A stretch of 64,000 nucleotides of DNA from an uncultured archaeon (GTDB lineage: Archaea > Asgardarchaeota > Lokiarchaeia > Sigyniarchaeales > SOKP01), in assembly GCA_964508365.1 (NCBI GenBank), contig CAZDTP010000007.1, positions 32,001 to 96,000 of the forward strand, read 5' to 3'. The position numbers were made by a program, and so were the translations under genes. Shown here piece after piece: positions 40,136 through 49,442 of this stretch. How positions within the stretch are numbered: the first letter of the stretch is position 1; every line of letters begins with the position of its first letter. The notes beneath the pieces were generated by a model. The model had not been told where the DNA came from. It ran no database searches and was given only the letters and a program-made list of their open reading frames with translations.

Positions 40136-40725
40136 TAGCTCCGATTATCACAGAAAACTTGTTTCAATGGATTATCTTTTTTTTTCCAATGAATGGTATC
40201 TGGATCAAAGCCCTATTGACTATAAATCTAATTTTAAACGAGGGCTTTCATGTTTTAATGTCACGTGTAGCAAATAAAAATGTTATTCATTCTACAAGAG
40301 ATCAGGCAAAACAGCTTCGAATTACCATAGATTAAGAAGAACTTAATTGCTTTTCTCTACAAAATAATTGCTCCAGCGTGAGAATTATTGAAAGCGTCCA
40401 AAATTAATAACAAATGATTATAGAGTATTTTCAGTGTGAAAAAATTAATAAAACCGATTGGAAACCAATGTATAAACATTTACTCTGGGTTAAAAAAAAA
40501 TCCAGGACACAAGAATCAATTTGCAACAACTACTCCGTTGTTTAAATTGCACTTACGTATCAAAAACCAATGATTTAAACTATTGTCCAAATAATTAGAT
40601 GGGAAAATGAATATTTAAATTTAACTATTAACCTAAATAATATAAACATCCTATTAATTACAGAAATATTAATTTAATCTAATATTATCTCTCAGAAATA
40701 AGGTACAGACAAAAAAAAGTTCCGT

Positions 40726-41112
40726 ATGAAAATGTCTCTGAAAATACAAATTGATCTTTTTGGGATAGGAACAATCAGCGGTGAAATGATACGGTATTAT
40801 GCACCTTTATCAGCTGATGCAATAATTAATAAGCTGCCGATGGTGCTAAGAGGAAGGTTTAGTTTCGGATCAAAAGTCTATTGGACTCTCCTGGGAGTTG
40901 AAATTTTTAAGGGAACTAATCCAAAATCTAATAAAAATGTAGAAGAAGGAGATATCATTTATAACCCTAAATCTGATGAATTAATATTTATTTTAGAAGA
41001 TACAGAATTACAAACTAAAGTAAATAAAATCGGAAAGGTTACTGAAAATCTCGAATTCTTTCTGCGAGCGAAGAATGGTTTGAATACCAAAATATCTAAG
41101 ATGAAATCATAA
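40726..41112 (+). CDS. Cyclophilin-like fold protein (DUF369/DUF3830-like)
   Basis: APLSADAI..KLP, EEGDIIYNP, NKIGKV pattern. Confidence 0.6.
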   Translation: MKMSLKIQIDLFGIGTISGEMIRYYAPLSADAIINKLPMVLRGRFSFGSKVYWTLLGVEIFKGTNPKSNKNVEEGDIIYNPKSDELIFILEDTELQTKVNKIGKVTENLEFFLRAKNGLNTKISKMKS

Positions 41113-41136
41113 AATCAGACTTTTCAAGAGTATAAA

Positions 41137-41955
41137 ATGGCGATTTCGAACAGATTAATTGTAGTGTTTATTTTTTTTTATTTAGGAGTTATATTATATT
41201 TAATTTTATTTCTCGCCGTCCCAGATATCCAAAACGCCATAATACAATCGCGTCACGAGATTACGGGACTTACAGAGGGATCTAATTACTTAATTGCCCT
41301 TCTTATCTCATTTTTCATCTGTCTTATAGGAAACGCGAGCGTTGGGTTTCCAATACCTTACCCTTTTATATTATTTTCGCTTTCTAATTCAATTTTCATC
41401 AGATATTTACATCTTGGATTAACATTAGATGAAGTTCTTTTGAACGGACCTTTTTGGTTTGAAATTCTACTTATAGCAGTAATAGGAGGTATAGGGAGTG
41501 CAATTGGTGAACTTGTTGGATTCCTGATTGGGATTGGTGCAAAGAAAGTTGTTAAACGAACCCAATCTAAGACTCTTGAAAACGTACAAGGTTTTGGCAA
41601 ATTGATATTAGATCATCCAAAAACTATGCATTTGTATATATTTATTGCTGCAGCTCTTCCTATTCCTGACGATCCACTTTGGATAGCTCTAGGAATGTCC
41701 GGAAAAAAAATAAATTTCACGCGCTGCATATTATGGGCTTGGGCAGGTAAAAATTTAACTACAATATTTTATGTTTCATTTCCAATTTTGATTTTACTAG
41801 GATTTACGGCAACAGGAATAGAAGTAAGTGATATTTCAAGTGTCATAACAGAATCCATTATGTTATTAATCACGCTTGCTATAATGCAATTCATACTATC
41901 ATTTAATTGGGAGAAGTACTTAACAAAGAGAAGCGAAAAAAGATTACCCGAATAA
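41137..41955 (+). CDS. DedA/VTT (SNARE-associated Golgi protein) family membrane protein
   Basis: GFPIPY, GSAIGELVGFLIG, FIAAALPIPDD..IALG, GK. Confidence 0.75.
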   Translation: MAISNRLIVVFIFFYLGVILYLILFLAVPDIQNAIIQSRHEITGLTEGSNYLIALLISFFICLIGNASVGFPIPYPFILFSLSNSIFIRYLHLGLTLDEVLLNGPFWFEILLIAVIGGIGSAIGELVGFLIGIGAKKVVKRTQSKTLENVQGFGKLILDHPKTMHLYIFIAAALPIPDDPLWIALGMSGKKINFTRCILWAWAGKNLTTIFYVSFPILILLGFTATGIEVSDISSVITESIMLLITLAIMQFILSFNWEKYLTKRSEKRLPE

Positions 41956-41978
41956 GTATAAAGAAACCTATATGAAAA

Positions 41979-42146
41979 TTACTTTTCATTATTCTTTAAG
42001 CAGTTTTTACAAACGAACACAACTTTTCGTTTGTTTTTCGAATTTTCATCGTGGTAAACTCTCTTGTAAATGTAATTATTACAAATGTTACATAAAGCTG
42101 GGGTTCGAGCCTCTTCTAATAAGGGCCCTAAATTATCAAAAGTCAT
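41979..42146 (-). CDS. 55-aa CxxC...CxxC zinc-finger microprotein (not in ORF track)
   Basis: Hand translation MTFDNLGPLLEEARTPALCNICNNYIYKRVYHDENSKNKRKVVFVCKNCLKNNEK; starts 9 bp after the Alba stop. Confidence 0.65.
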   Translation of the reverse strand: MTFDNLGPLLEEARTPALCNICNNYIYKRVYHDENSKNKRKVVFVCKNCLKNNEK

Positions 42147-42155
42147 AAATCAATT

Positions 42156-42488
42156 CTAATGGAGTGATTTTGAGAGGGTTATTTCGATTTTAGAAATTAA
42201 ATCCTTTTTATTTTTGTTATTATAATTGTTGCTGTTGTTTTTTCGATAATTATTCCTTTGCCTATTTTCAAAGAAAGGACGGCTCCCTAACGAGATATTG
42301 GCTATCTCTACTCCTGGATACATACGTTTTTTTAAAATTTCAGCAACTTCAACCGCAGTTGAAATTTCTTCTCCTTCCCCTTTTATTAATAGCGATTTTG
42401 TTCCCCCTGAAAATGCAAAAATTGCATCCTTTATTGTTTTCTCCCGATCAGTTCGATTTCTTATTATAAGGGTTGTGTCATTAGGCAT
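42156..42488 (-). CDS. albA: Alba-family DNA/RNA-binding protein with Asn-rich loop insertion
   Basis: LLIKGEGEEISTAVEVAEILKKR, ISLGS, SKIEITL. Confidence 0.75.
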   Translation of the reverse strand: MPNDTTLIIRNRTDREKTIKDAIFAFSGGTKSLLIKGEGEEISTAVEVAEILKKRMYPGVEIANISLGSRPFFENRQRNNYRKNNSNNYNNKNKKDLISKIEITLSKSLH

Positions 42489-42702
42489 GAAAAAACCTTA
42501 TTACCAATTATTTATTAATTGTGAAATAAAAGCAGTCTAAATATTAATTATACATCAAGTAATATAAAATTTATTTAAATTATCTATTGAAAGCAATACT
42601 TTACAAGTAATTATGTGAATTATCTCTCAAATACAACAAATAAATTATGCTTTCAATTTGCTACAAAAATAAGGTCGCATCATGATTATATAATTGTAGA
42701 AT

Positions 42703-43902
42703 TTATAAATTGAACTCAGAACGACTCTTCAAATCGTCTAATACCTTACTATATTCAGAAATCCTTTCCTCAAAATGTTCAATTACCTTTCGTTCATCTG
42801 TATCTAGATAATCGAAAAATGGTGAAATTTTTTCAATCCTTTTGCTAAAATCATTCATAATTTTTGTATACCAGTCGTTTGGCTTAGCTAGCATTTCATT
42901 TAGCTTTTTTTTGTATCTCGCCTTCTTTTTCTTGAACTCAGCATCGTTCTTCTCAGCGATGAGTTCAGAAAGGTTTGCTTCATATTTTTTTAATTCTTTT
43001 TCAATCTTTTCTCTAAACTTCGGGATTCTGTAGATATTTTTGTCGATATCAGGATCCCATTCATATAAATAGTAATCCTCATTTTCAGCTTCTATTTCAT
43101 CGTTGGTTATTTTAATATCTCTTTTTAAAACCATAATAAGACCGAAATTCCTTTGAAGTTGAGCAAGATATCTGTTTCGTAAAATTTCGTCTATATATTT
43201 AATTTCATTCAGGACATCCTTAATGTTTTTATTGATTTCTTTTACTACTTTATCAACAGTTTTAACCATTTTCTCCATAGTATGTTCAAACTTTAATTCT
43301 ATTGAGTTTGAATATGCAGCGAACATACCGCGATCAGGATTCTTCAACCTTATTCCCGCTATTCCTAGATAATATGATTTGGATTCTTTTTGGCAATGAT
43401 CAAAAACAAGAGCAATAGCAAATGGGTTAACACCTTGGTAAAAGAGTTGTGTTTCAATATCTCTAGGTGAAAAAATAAACCCAATTCCAGGATGAGTGTG
43501 CCACCAACCTACAAAGAAATCTTCCTTATTATCTTGAATTGCTCTTTCATATATTGCGGTATTAAACTGAGCTGTATCAACATAATGCTTACTCTTATAT
43601 TCAACATACGCTCTATCGCCTACCATAACGGGGATTGCATCCTTAATGACCACTTCTTTATTTTCCTTAATCGTCCCAACCAATATACCATAAACTTCAC
43701 GCCAGGTTTTTTGAGGAAGATCGTTGTTTCCGTATCTCATAGCATAACCAACAATGCGCCTATAAGCATTGTATGACAAAAATACTGGAGTGATTGCCGG
43801 ATCAATACCGTACTTCTGAATGTAGAAATCTCTCTTCGATATCTCGATCATTTCATTAGTTTCGGATAAAAAATTATCTTCCTTCTCTTTTTGAAGTTTC
43901 AA
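42703..43902 (-). CDS. MPN+/JAMM metalloprotease domain fused to long helical/coiled-coil C-terminus
   Basis: EVYGIL, GWWHTHPGIGFIFSPRD (H-x-H-x7-S-x2-D), FALVFD; charged helical region in aa ~190-399. Confidence 0.88.
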   Translation of the reverse strand: MKLQKEKEDNFLSETNEMIEISKRDFYIQKYGIDPAITPVFLSYNAYRRIVGYAMRYGNNDLPQKTWREVYGILVGTIKENKEVVIKDAIPVMVGDRAYVEYKSKHYVDTAQFNTAIYERAIQDNKEDFFVGWWHTHPGIGFIFSPRDIETQLFYQGVNPFAIALVFDHCQKESKSYYLGIAGIRLKNPDRGMFAAYSNSIELKFEHTMEKMVKTVDKVVKEINKNIKDVLNEIKYIDEILRNRYLAQLQRNFGLIMVLKRDIKITNDEIEAENEDYYLYEWDPDIDKNIYRIPKFREKIEKELKKYEANLSELIAEKNDAEFKKKKARYKKKLNEMLAKPNDWYTKIMNDFSKRIEKISPFFDYLDTDERKVIEHFEERISEYSKVLDDLKSRSEFNL

Positions 43903-44096
43903 TGCTCAAAACCTAATTTATAGTTTTAAATCGACTAACTCTGCTTAGTGAGCCTGTAATGAATCCGTATAATTTTCAAATCTCTTAATAGTTATAATTA
44001 TCTATTGGATAAATTTAAAACTTTTAAATTTATCAATCTTTTTAACAAATTAGAAAGTTAACACATTTAATTTATTACTTCGATTAAGTAACCTTC

Positions 44097-44639
44097 ATGA
44101 AAGTTATAGGATTTTGTGGATTAGCAGGTTCGGGTAAATCAACAGTCTTGAAAGCTATAAAGGATTTAGGGATTATTATAACGATGGGGGATGTTATAAG
44201 AAACGAAGCAAAACATAGACATATCTCCCCTAGTGATGAGAATTTGGGGAAAATCGCCCTAGAATTACGAAAAAATTACGGACAAGAGATTATTGCTGAG
44301 AAATGCGTAAATTTAATTAAAAAGTTAGAAAGTGAAGTGTGTTTCATAGATGGGTTGAGATCTATGGCAGAAGTTAAAGTTTTTAGAAAATACTGGAAAT
44401 TTCCATTAATTGCAACTATAGTAGATGAAAATATTAGGTATGAAAGACTTTCTAACAGAAAAAGACCTGATGATCCAAATTCTTTAAGCGAGATACAGGA
44501 AAGGGATCAACGAGAAATTAGATTCGGCTTAAATGAAGTTATAGAAAACGCGAATTATAAAATAAATAATAATATATTAGAAGCAGATGTTCAGCAAGAA
44601 ACACGCGCTTTGATTTTTAAAATTATAGAAAATTATTAA
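44097..44639 (+). CDS. Archaeal dephospho-CoA kinase-like P-loop kinase
   Basis: GLAGSGKS, MGDVIR, IDGLRS..E, R.RPDD, ERDQRE..FG. Confidence 0.8.
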   Translation: MKVIGFCGLAGSGKSTVLKAIKDLGIIITMGDVIRNEAKHRHISPSDENLGKIALELRKNYGQEIIAEKCVNLIKKLESEVCFIDGLRSMAEVKVFRKYWKFPLIATIVDENIRYERLSNRKRPDDPNSLSEIQERDQREIRFGLNEVIENANYKINNNILEADVQQETRALIFKIIENY

Positions 44640-44643
44640 ACAT

Positions 44644-45546
44644 TTATTTCAAATAATCTACAATAGCTTTCGATAATGAGACTTTACTCACTTCATTATC
44701 AATAGAATCTGTACCGATTATATCATCTGCTCCTGCTTTTAGTATTCTATATCTTGCATTTTGTAATAAAAGGGCGTGGGTTGCTACAGCAAATATTCTA
44801 TTAGCCCCCTCCTCCTTTAAAATTTTTATAGCTTTAGCCATCGTTCCGCCCGTTGCAATAATATCATCTGAAATGATGACATCTCTATTTTTTAAGCTTA
44901 ATTTTCCCGACATTGTTATTTCTCCCGATTTAACATCTCGTACTTTTTCAAAATAATCTACTGGTACCTTGTCTCCAAAATGTTTCGCAAATGCTCTAGA
45001 TCTTTCTACAGCACCTTTGTCAGGAGCGACAACTACAATATTTTTAATATTTAAAGATTTAATATAATCCGCTAAAATTTTCATAGAATCTATATTCACA
45101 CGTTTACATTGGATTTCTTCTAATGTTTTTTGAGAGTGGATATCAACAACATAGAGCTCATCAATTCTCATAGAATCTAAAAGTCTTAGAACTAATTGAG
45201 CAAATTTACACTCTCCTGGTCTAAAAACACTATCTTGACGAGCATATGCTAGATAAGGAATAACAACAACAATTTTAGCGGCACCCATTCTTTTAACAGC
45301 TTCGATCATCATTAAAAGCTCGAATAATCTTCCATTTTGGTTTTCGCTTGAGCTCGGTCCTGTTGATTGGACGATTATAACTTCATTTCCTTCTATTAAG
45401 GAATCATCCTCAACGTTTATTCTAAGGTAGTTTTCTCCATCAGGAAAGATTTTTGTTTCAGTATTATAGTAATTGATGTCTAAATCCTTAGCAATTCTTA
45501 CCCCAAGCATTTGGCTTGCTGGACCCACAATTAAGATCTTTTTCAA
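44644..45546 (-). CDS. prs: Ribose-phosphate pyrophosphokinase
   Basis: FPDGE, PYLAYARQD, VDIHS, APDKGA, DDIIATGGT, ATHA, GTDSI. Confidence 0.95.
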   Translation of the reverse strand: MKKILIVGPASQMLGVRIAKDLDINYYNTETKIFPDGENYLRINVEDDSLIEGNEVIIVQSTGPSSSENQNGRLFELLMMIEAVKRMGAAKIVVVIPYLAYARQDSVFRPGECKFAQLVLRLLDSMRIDELYVVDIHSQKTLEEIQCKRVNIDSMKILADYIKSLNIKNIVVVAPDKGAVERSRAFAKHFGDKVPVDYFEKVRDVKSGEITMSGKLSLKNRDVIISDDIIATGGTMAKAIKILKEEGANRIFAVATHALLLQNARYRILKAGADDIIGTDSIDNEVSKVSLSKAIVDYLK

Positions 45547-45600
45547 ACAGCATCACTTTTTTATAGTTACTTTTTACATTTTAACATATTGTTCCATCTC

Positions 45601-46320
45601 TTATATTTTTTTTATAAACTTAAGAGCAGCATTAAAAATATCTTCCCTATGCCCTTTAAAAGAATGACCTCCCGCTTCAAATTGAAGCACATTCTCCTCA
45701 TTTAGACCGAGTTGGTTTTGTATCTGCGAGAGATTAGAGAATGGGATTCTATTGTCATCTTTACAATGGGCTATCAGAATTCTTTTATTGTTTAATGGTT
45801 CGTCTTTTAAAAAATATTTAGGGCTGATTTTCTGAACAATATCCTCTTGAAACTTTATAGTGGTCGAATGATAATCGTATCTCGCACACAGAGCAATTAA
45901 AGTCTTTACTTTTTTGTTAAGGAAACCTTGTGTTAATATAATTGCACCCCCTATACTCCTTCCAAATAGAATTATTTTTTCTTCCAAGAGTCTATAAGAC
46001 TGATGGGTTAACACCCAATCAATTACAATTTGGATGTCGGAAAATATTTTAACAACCATCCTATCCCATCTAGATCCCGTCTGTTTTTTAGTTTCTCCAT
46101 GCGCTCGGTAATCGTAAGACAACACATAAAATCCAGCGTTAACGAATTTTTCTGTATAATACTTAACGAAATAACTCTCGCGATGATCCAATAATCCCGC
46201 TAGATTAATTATAAAAGGCGCTTTCTTAGGTGTATTAGGACTAGAATAAATTGTTCCTTTTAGAAATAAATCTTCATCTTTGATCGGAATATCTATATTT
46301 TCAATTTCTGTGCTATTCAT
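45601..46320 (-). CDS. Alpha/beta-fold hydrolase
   Basis: YDYRAHGET, GRSIGG, HCKDD, GGHSF. Confidence 0.85.
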   Translation of the reverse strand: MNSTEIENIDIPIKDEDLFLKGTIYSSPNTPKKAPFIINLAGLLDHRESYFVKYYTEKFVNAGFYVLSYDYRAHGETKKQTGSRWDRMVVKIFSDIQIVIDWVLTHQSYRLLEEKIILFGRSIGGAIILTQGFLNKKVKTLIALCARYDYHSTTIKFQEDIVQKISPKYFLKDEPLNNKRILIAHCKDDNRIPFSNLSQIQNQLGLNEENVLQFEAGGHSFKGHREDIFNAALKFIKKI

Positions 46321-46331
46321 TTTATAAATAA

Positions 46332-46772
46332 TTAATTCCTTTTACTTTTGTATTTCACAATAAGATTCCTTAAAGTATTTACTGCTAGGTCTAAACTATG
46401 TTTGTGATCGTCAGGTAATCCATTTAAAGCGAGGTTTATATCCTCGGTTGTTAAACTTTTAGCAAACTCTAAAGATTTCCCTTCAATTAATATAGTTGTT
46501 TGACTTCCAGTTGCTACAGTTGCTCCGCAGCCATCAGTAAAGAAATTAGCGTTTTTAATCATATCGTCTTGAATCGTTAAATAAAATTCCATCGTATCAT
46601 TTTTTTCTCCCTTGCATGAATGAAATATTGTGAAATTAGCCGGTTTTCCCCAATTTTTAGGGGTATGAAACAACTTTACAATATGTTCGTTAAAATCGTG
46701 TATTTCTTTATTAATGATTTCCTCTTGTAGTTCCTCTACAAATTTGTCAAAATTTCCCTCACCTTGGGGCAT
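46332..46772 (-). CDS. IscU/NifU N-terminal-like scaffold protein with degenerate Cys set; start re-assigned to ATG 46772
   Basis: PKNWG, DTM, FFTDGCGAT.A.GS, GKSL..A, LP.DH.H..DLAV; ATG 46772 lies 1 bp after the upstream stop. Confidence 0.75.
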   Translation of the reverse strand: MPQGEGNFDKFVEELQEEIINKEIHDFNEHIVKLFHTPKNWGKPANFTIFHSCKGEKNDTMEFYLTIQDDMIKNANFFTDGCGATVATGSQTTILIEGKSLEFAKSLTTEDINLALNGLPDDHKHSLDLAVNTLRNLIVKYKSKRN

Positions 46773-46773
46773 C

Positions 46774-47067
46774 TTATTTAGAATCCTCCAGATGTCTAAG
46801 CACATGTTTTTCTAATCGAATTTTTCTATCAATTTCATCACTAAGCTTGCCATATTTATTTAATATGTTAATTATATCTTTATTCAAATTGTTATGTTCT
46901 TGTAGACAAGTGCTCTTCTTTAAAAAATCTTCTCCATGCCTTAAAGCAGATAAATTTTCCGTAATTTTAATTAATTCAGTTGCGATCACGCTATTTATAT
47001 AAATTAGATCTGAAAACATATCTTTCATGTATAATACTATTTTTATTTGGTCAGCAGACATATGCAA
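46774..47067 (-). CDS. Hypothetical helical protein
   Basis: Tightly coupled to the iscU-like gene; amphipathic helices. Confidence 0.6.
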   Translation of the reverse strand: MHMSADQIKIVLYMKDMFSDLIYINSVIATELIKITENLSALRHGEDFLKKSTCLQEHNNLNKDIINILNKYGKLSDEIDRKIRLEKHVLRHLEDSK

Positions 47068-47120
47068 TAAAAGATCTCTAGAAATTAATTCATTATTATT
47101 TAAGTTTTATAGGCGATTAA

Positions 47121-48824
47121 TTAAAAGAAAAATGCAAAATAAGCTGCCATATAGATTAAGCTCCCGAAAATTAGAGCCAAAATAATCCCCATTCTTATTA
47201 GAAAAGTGTTTTTCATCTCAGTTTTCATAATTTCCTTTGGAAAATTTTTCAGATTCTTTATGCATTGATTAATCCTGCTGGTTTCCTTTAACTTTTGAGT
47301 GATTTGAATTCTATAGGTTATAGATTGCGATTTAATTTCAATGAAATCTATCGGAAAGCATAAATAAAATATAATGAATGCGATTACCAATATCCACAAC
47401 AAAGTACTAATCAAATTATCTATTCTTAGTGCTAAAGTATCTGCTGCTATCCATCCTTCCAATTGTTGAAGCGTGAGGAATACTAAAAGCCCACATATTC
47501 CAAACACATCAAAAAAATCTATTTTTCTATACCACTTTTTTACACTTAGTGATTCTACCTTTTTAGCAGCAACATAGTGGAACTTATGTAGGAATTCTCG
47601 TTTGAACTTAAAATCTTTTGATTCTTCGTTAAATTTAAACACATCTCCATTCTTCTTACTAAAATCGTAAAACATAGCTTTTACCAACAACATTAAACCG
47701 TATATTAAAGCGAACCACCATACCTGAGGGCCAAATAATACCATTTGTGTGAGCATGATAAGAGCAATTGTTATTAAAAATAATCCAAAAATAAGCTTAA
47801 ATAATTGAAAATTAGTCGAGTTAACACTTGAGATTACATTATCCTCGCCGTTCGTTTCTGCATGTCGTAGATTTGGATTACATTCTAAGAAGTTAGCAAA
47901 ATTTTCTTTAAAATCAGATTGGTTCTTCAATTTTATCGGTGAAAACCACATTTCGTATAATTTTTCTTTCGTAGCAATTTCGAAGAAATTTTGTTGAAAT
48001 ATTACTAAAACGACTAAAGCTATGATGTCAATAATAGATAATATGATAAATGTCCATGATAATATGAAATCTGGCCCTGCTCTTTCTGCGGCAAGTAAGG
48101 GAATCGCTGTCATAAGTTGTAGGACAATAAAAGGTATCATTAGAATAATCCAAGCCAATTTTGGTCCGATGTGATTATTTTGGAATCGTATGAATTCGGT
48201 ATCCTTTTTCGGAATTTCGGTTAACCATGCAAACCCAGGTCTAATTTCGGAAAAGAAAAGAAAGTTCTTCGATTTGGAAAAAATGCCTCGAAATGGACTC
48301 AGAATAAAATAAATTAATAAGCCTAGACCAGCCATTAGCATGGGGAAACCAGTAACATAAAACCAGGAGGGGCCACCAAGAAATATCGCACTCCCAAATT
48401 CTACCTCGTGACCAATGTCACCTCCAAATATAGTATACGAGATAAAGCCATTTAAAATTAAGAGTATCGAGGCTATGAGTCTCGAAATAGCAAACGAGTT
48501 GAATTTCACATAATCTTCAACCGGTTCTCTTAAATCTCGCATTTTTTTAAAAGTTAAAGAATTTTCCCGTATATAGCAGGGCGTTATATAATATTTCGAA
48601 GTAATTATAGCTCCGAATATAATAATTAAGATGTTTACGATTAGTGAGAGGTTAGATCCATTAAGAGTTATTCCAAAATCATAGCCTAAGAGTGTAAAAA
48701 GACACCCTAAAAAAATAATTAGTATACCAATTGCTAAAAAAAAATAACGTAGATATCGTTTTTTGGGATGTATTAATTTTAAATTCTCAATTTCTTCGTC
48801 GGTTAAATTTGTCATTGAAAGCAC
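47121..48824 (-). CDS. Polytopic membrane protein with repeated TM-pair/beta-strand modules
   Basis: About 11 TM segments; recurring strands NFFEIATKEKLY and DFIEIKSQSITY. Confidence 0.7.
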   Translation of the reverse strand: MLSMTNLTDEEIENLKLIHPKKRYLRYFFLAIGILIIFLGCLFTLLGYDFGITLNGSNLSLIVNILIIIFGAIITSKYYITPCYIRENSLTFKKMRDLREPVEDYVKFNSFAISRLIASILLILNGFISYTIFGGDIGHEVEFGSAIFLGGPSWFYVTGFPMLMAGLGLLIYFILSPFRGIFSKSKNFLFFSEIRPGFAWLTEIPKKDTEFIRFQNNHIGPKLAWIILMIPFIVLQLMTAIPLLAAERAGPDFILSWTFIILSIIDIIALVVLVIFQQNFFEIATKEKLYEMWFSPIKLKNQSDFKENFANFLECNPNLRHAETNGEDNVISSVNSTNFQLFKLIFGLFLITIALIMLTQMVLFGPQVWWFALIYGLMLLVKAMFYDFSKKNGDVFKFNEESKDFKFKREFLHKFHYVAAKKVESLSVKKWYRKIDFFDVFGICGLLVFLTLQQLEGWIAADTLALRIDNLISTLLWILVIAFIIFYLCFPIDFIEIKSQSITYRIQITQKLKETSRINQCIKNLKNFPKEIMKTEMKNTFLIRMGIILALIFGSLIYMAAYFAFFF

Positions 48825-48932
48825 GCAATTATTTAATAATTAATAATACATTTTTTGTTTTTATCTTTAATAAAAGTTCAATTTTAAAATTAGACCAACA
48901 TCTTTTTATACAACATAAAAATTAGTAGAAAA

Positions 48933-49409
48933 ATGGATTATAAATACTTTCATGATGGGTTGCTATCATTATCAGTTGTTCAATTTGTCTTTTCATTAAC
49001 ATTATTACTTGGGTCTATAATTTTAAAGCCTTATATTGCCTTGGAGCCAGATGAAAGAGATTTTATAATTCTCTTAGCCTTGGTAAATCTTGTTTTTAGC
49101 TTTTACTATTTAATAGAAGCTCTAAAGTTGGAAAGCATATTTAGTTTAGAAGAAAAACACATTTTCAAATTTGGAAAGAGAATTGGAGTAATATCATTAT
49201 TATATACACCTCATCTATTTGTATTTATATCATTATTGTTTATAGATTTGCATGATCTTCAACTGATGATGGTAATCTTAAATCTAATTATAGAAACACT
49301 TTTACTTGGAATTGTCTTTAAAGAAATTTACGATATTCTCTTTAAGGAGGAGACTGAAAGAAAATTTGAACTGGAACAAAATCGAAAATTATATTTTGAA
49401 AAAAAGTAA
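48933..49409 (+). CDS. Hypothetical membrane protein (4 TM)
   Basis: Four hydrophobic segments and a charged C-terminus. Confidence 0.65.
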   Translation: MDYKYFHDGLLSLSVVQFVFSLTLLLGSIILKPYIALEPDERDFIILLALVNLVFSFYYLIEALKLESIFSLEEKHIFKFGKRIGVISLLYTPHLFVFISLLFIDLHDLQLMMVILNLIIETLLLGIVFKEIYDILFKEETERKFELEQNRKLYFEKK

Positions 49410-49442
49410 ATTAAGATAATGCATTTTTGAAATCTTTATTTA

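Noticed and set aside
40500-40600. CLNC..YCP fragment as a TnpB/IS remnant
   Set aside because: No RuvC motifs, terminal repeats or target duplication recognisable
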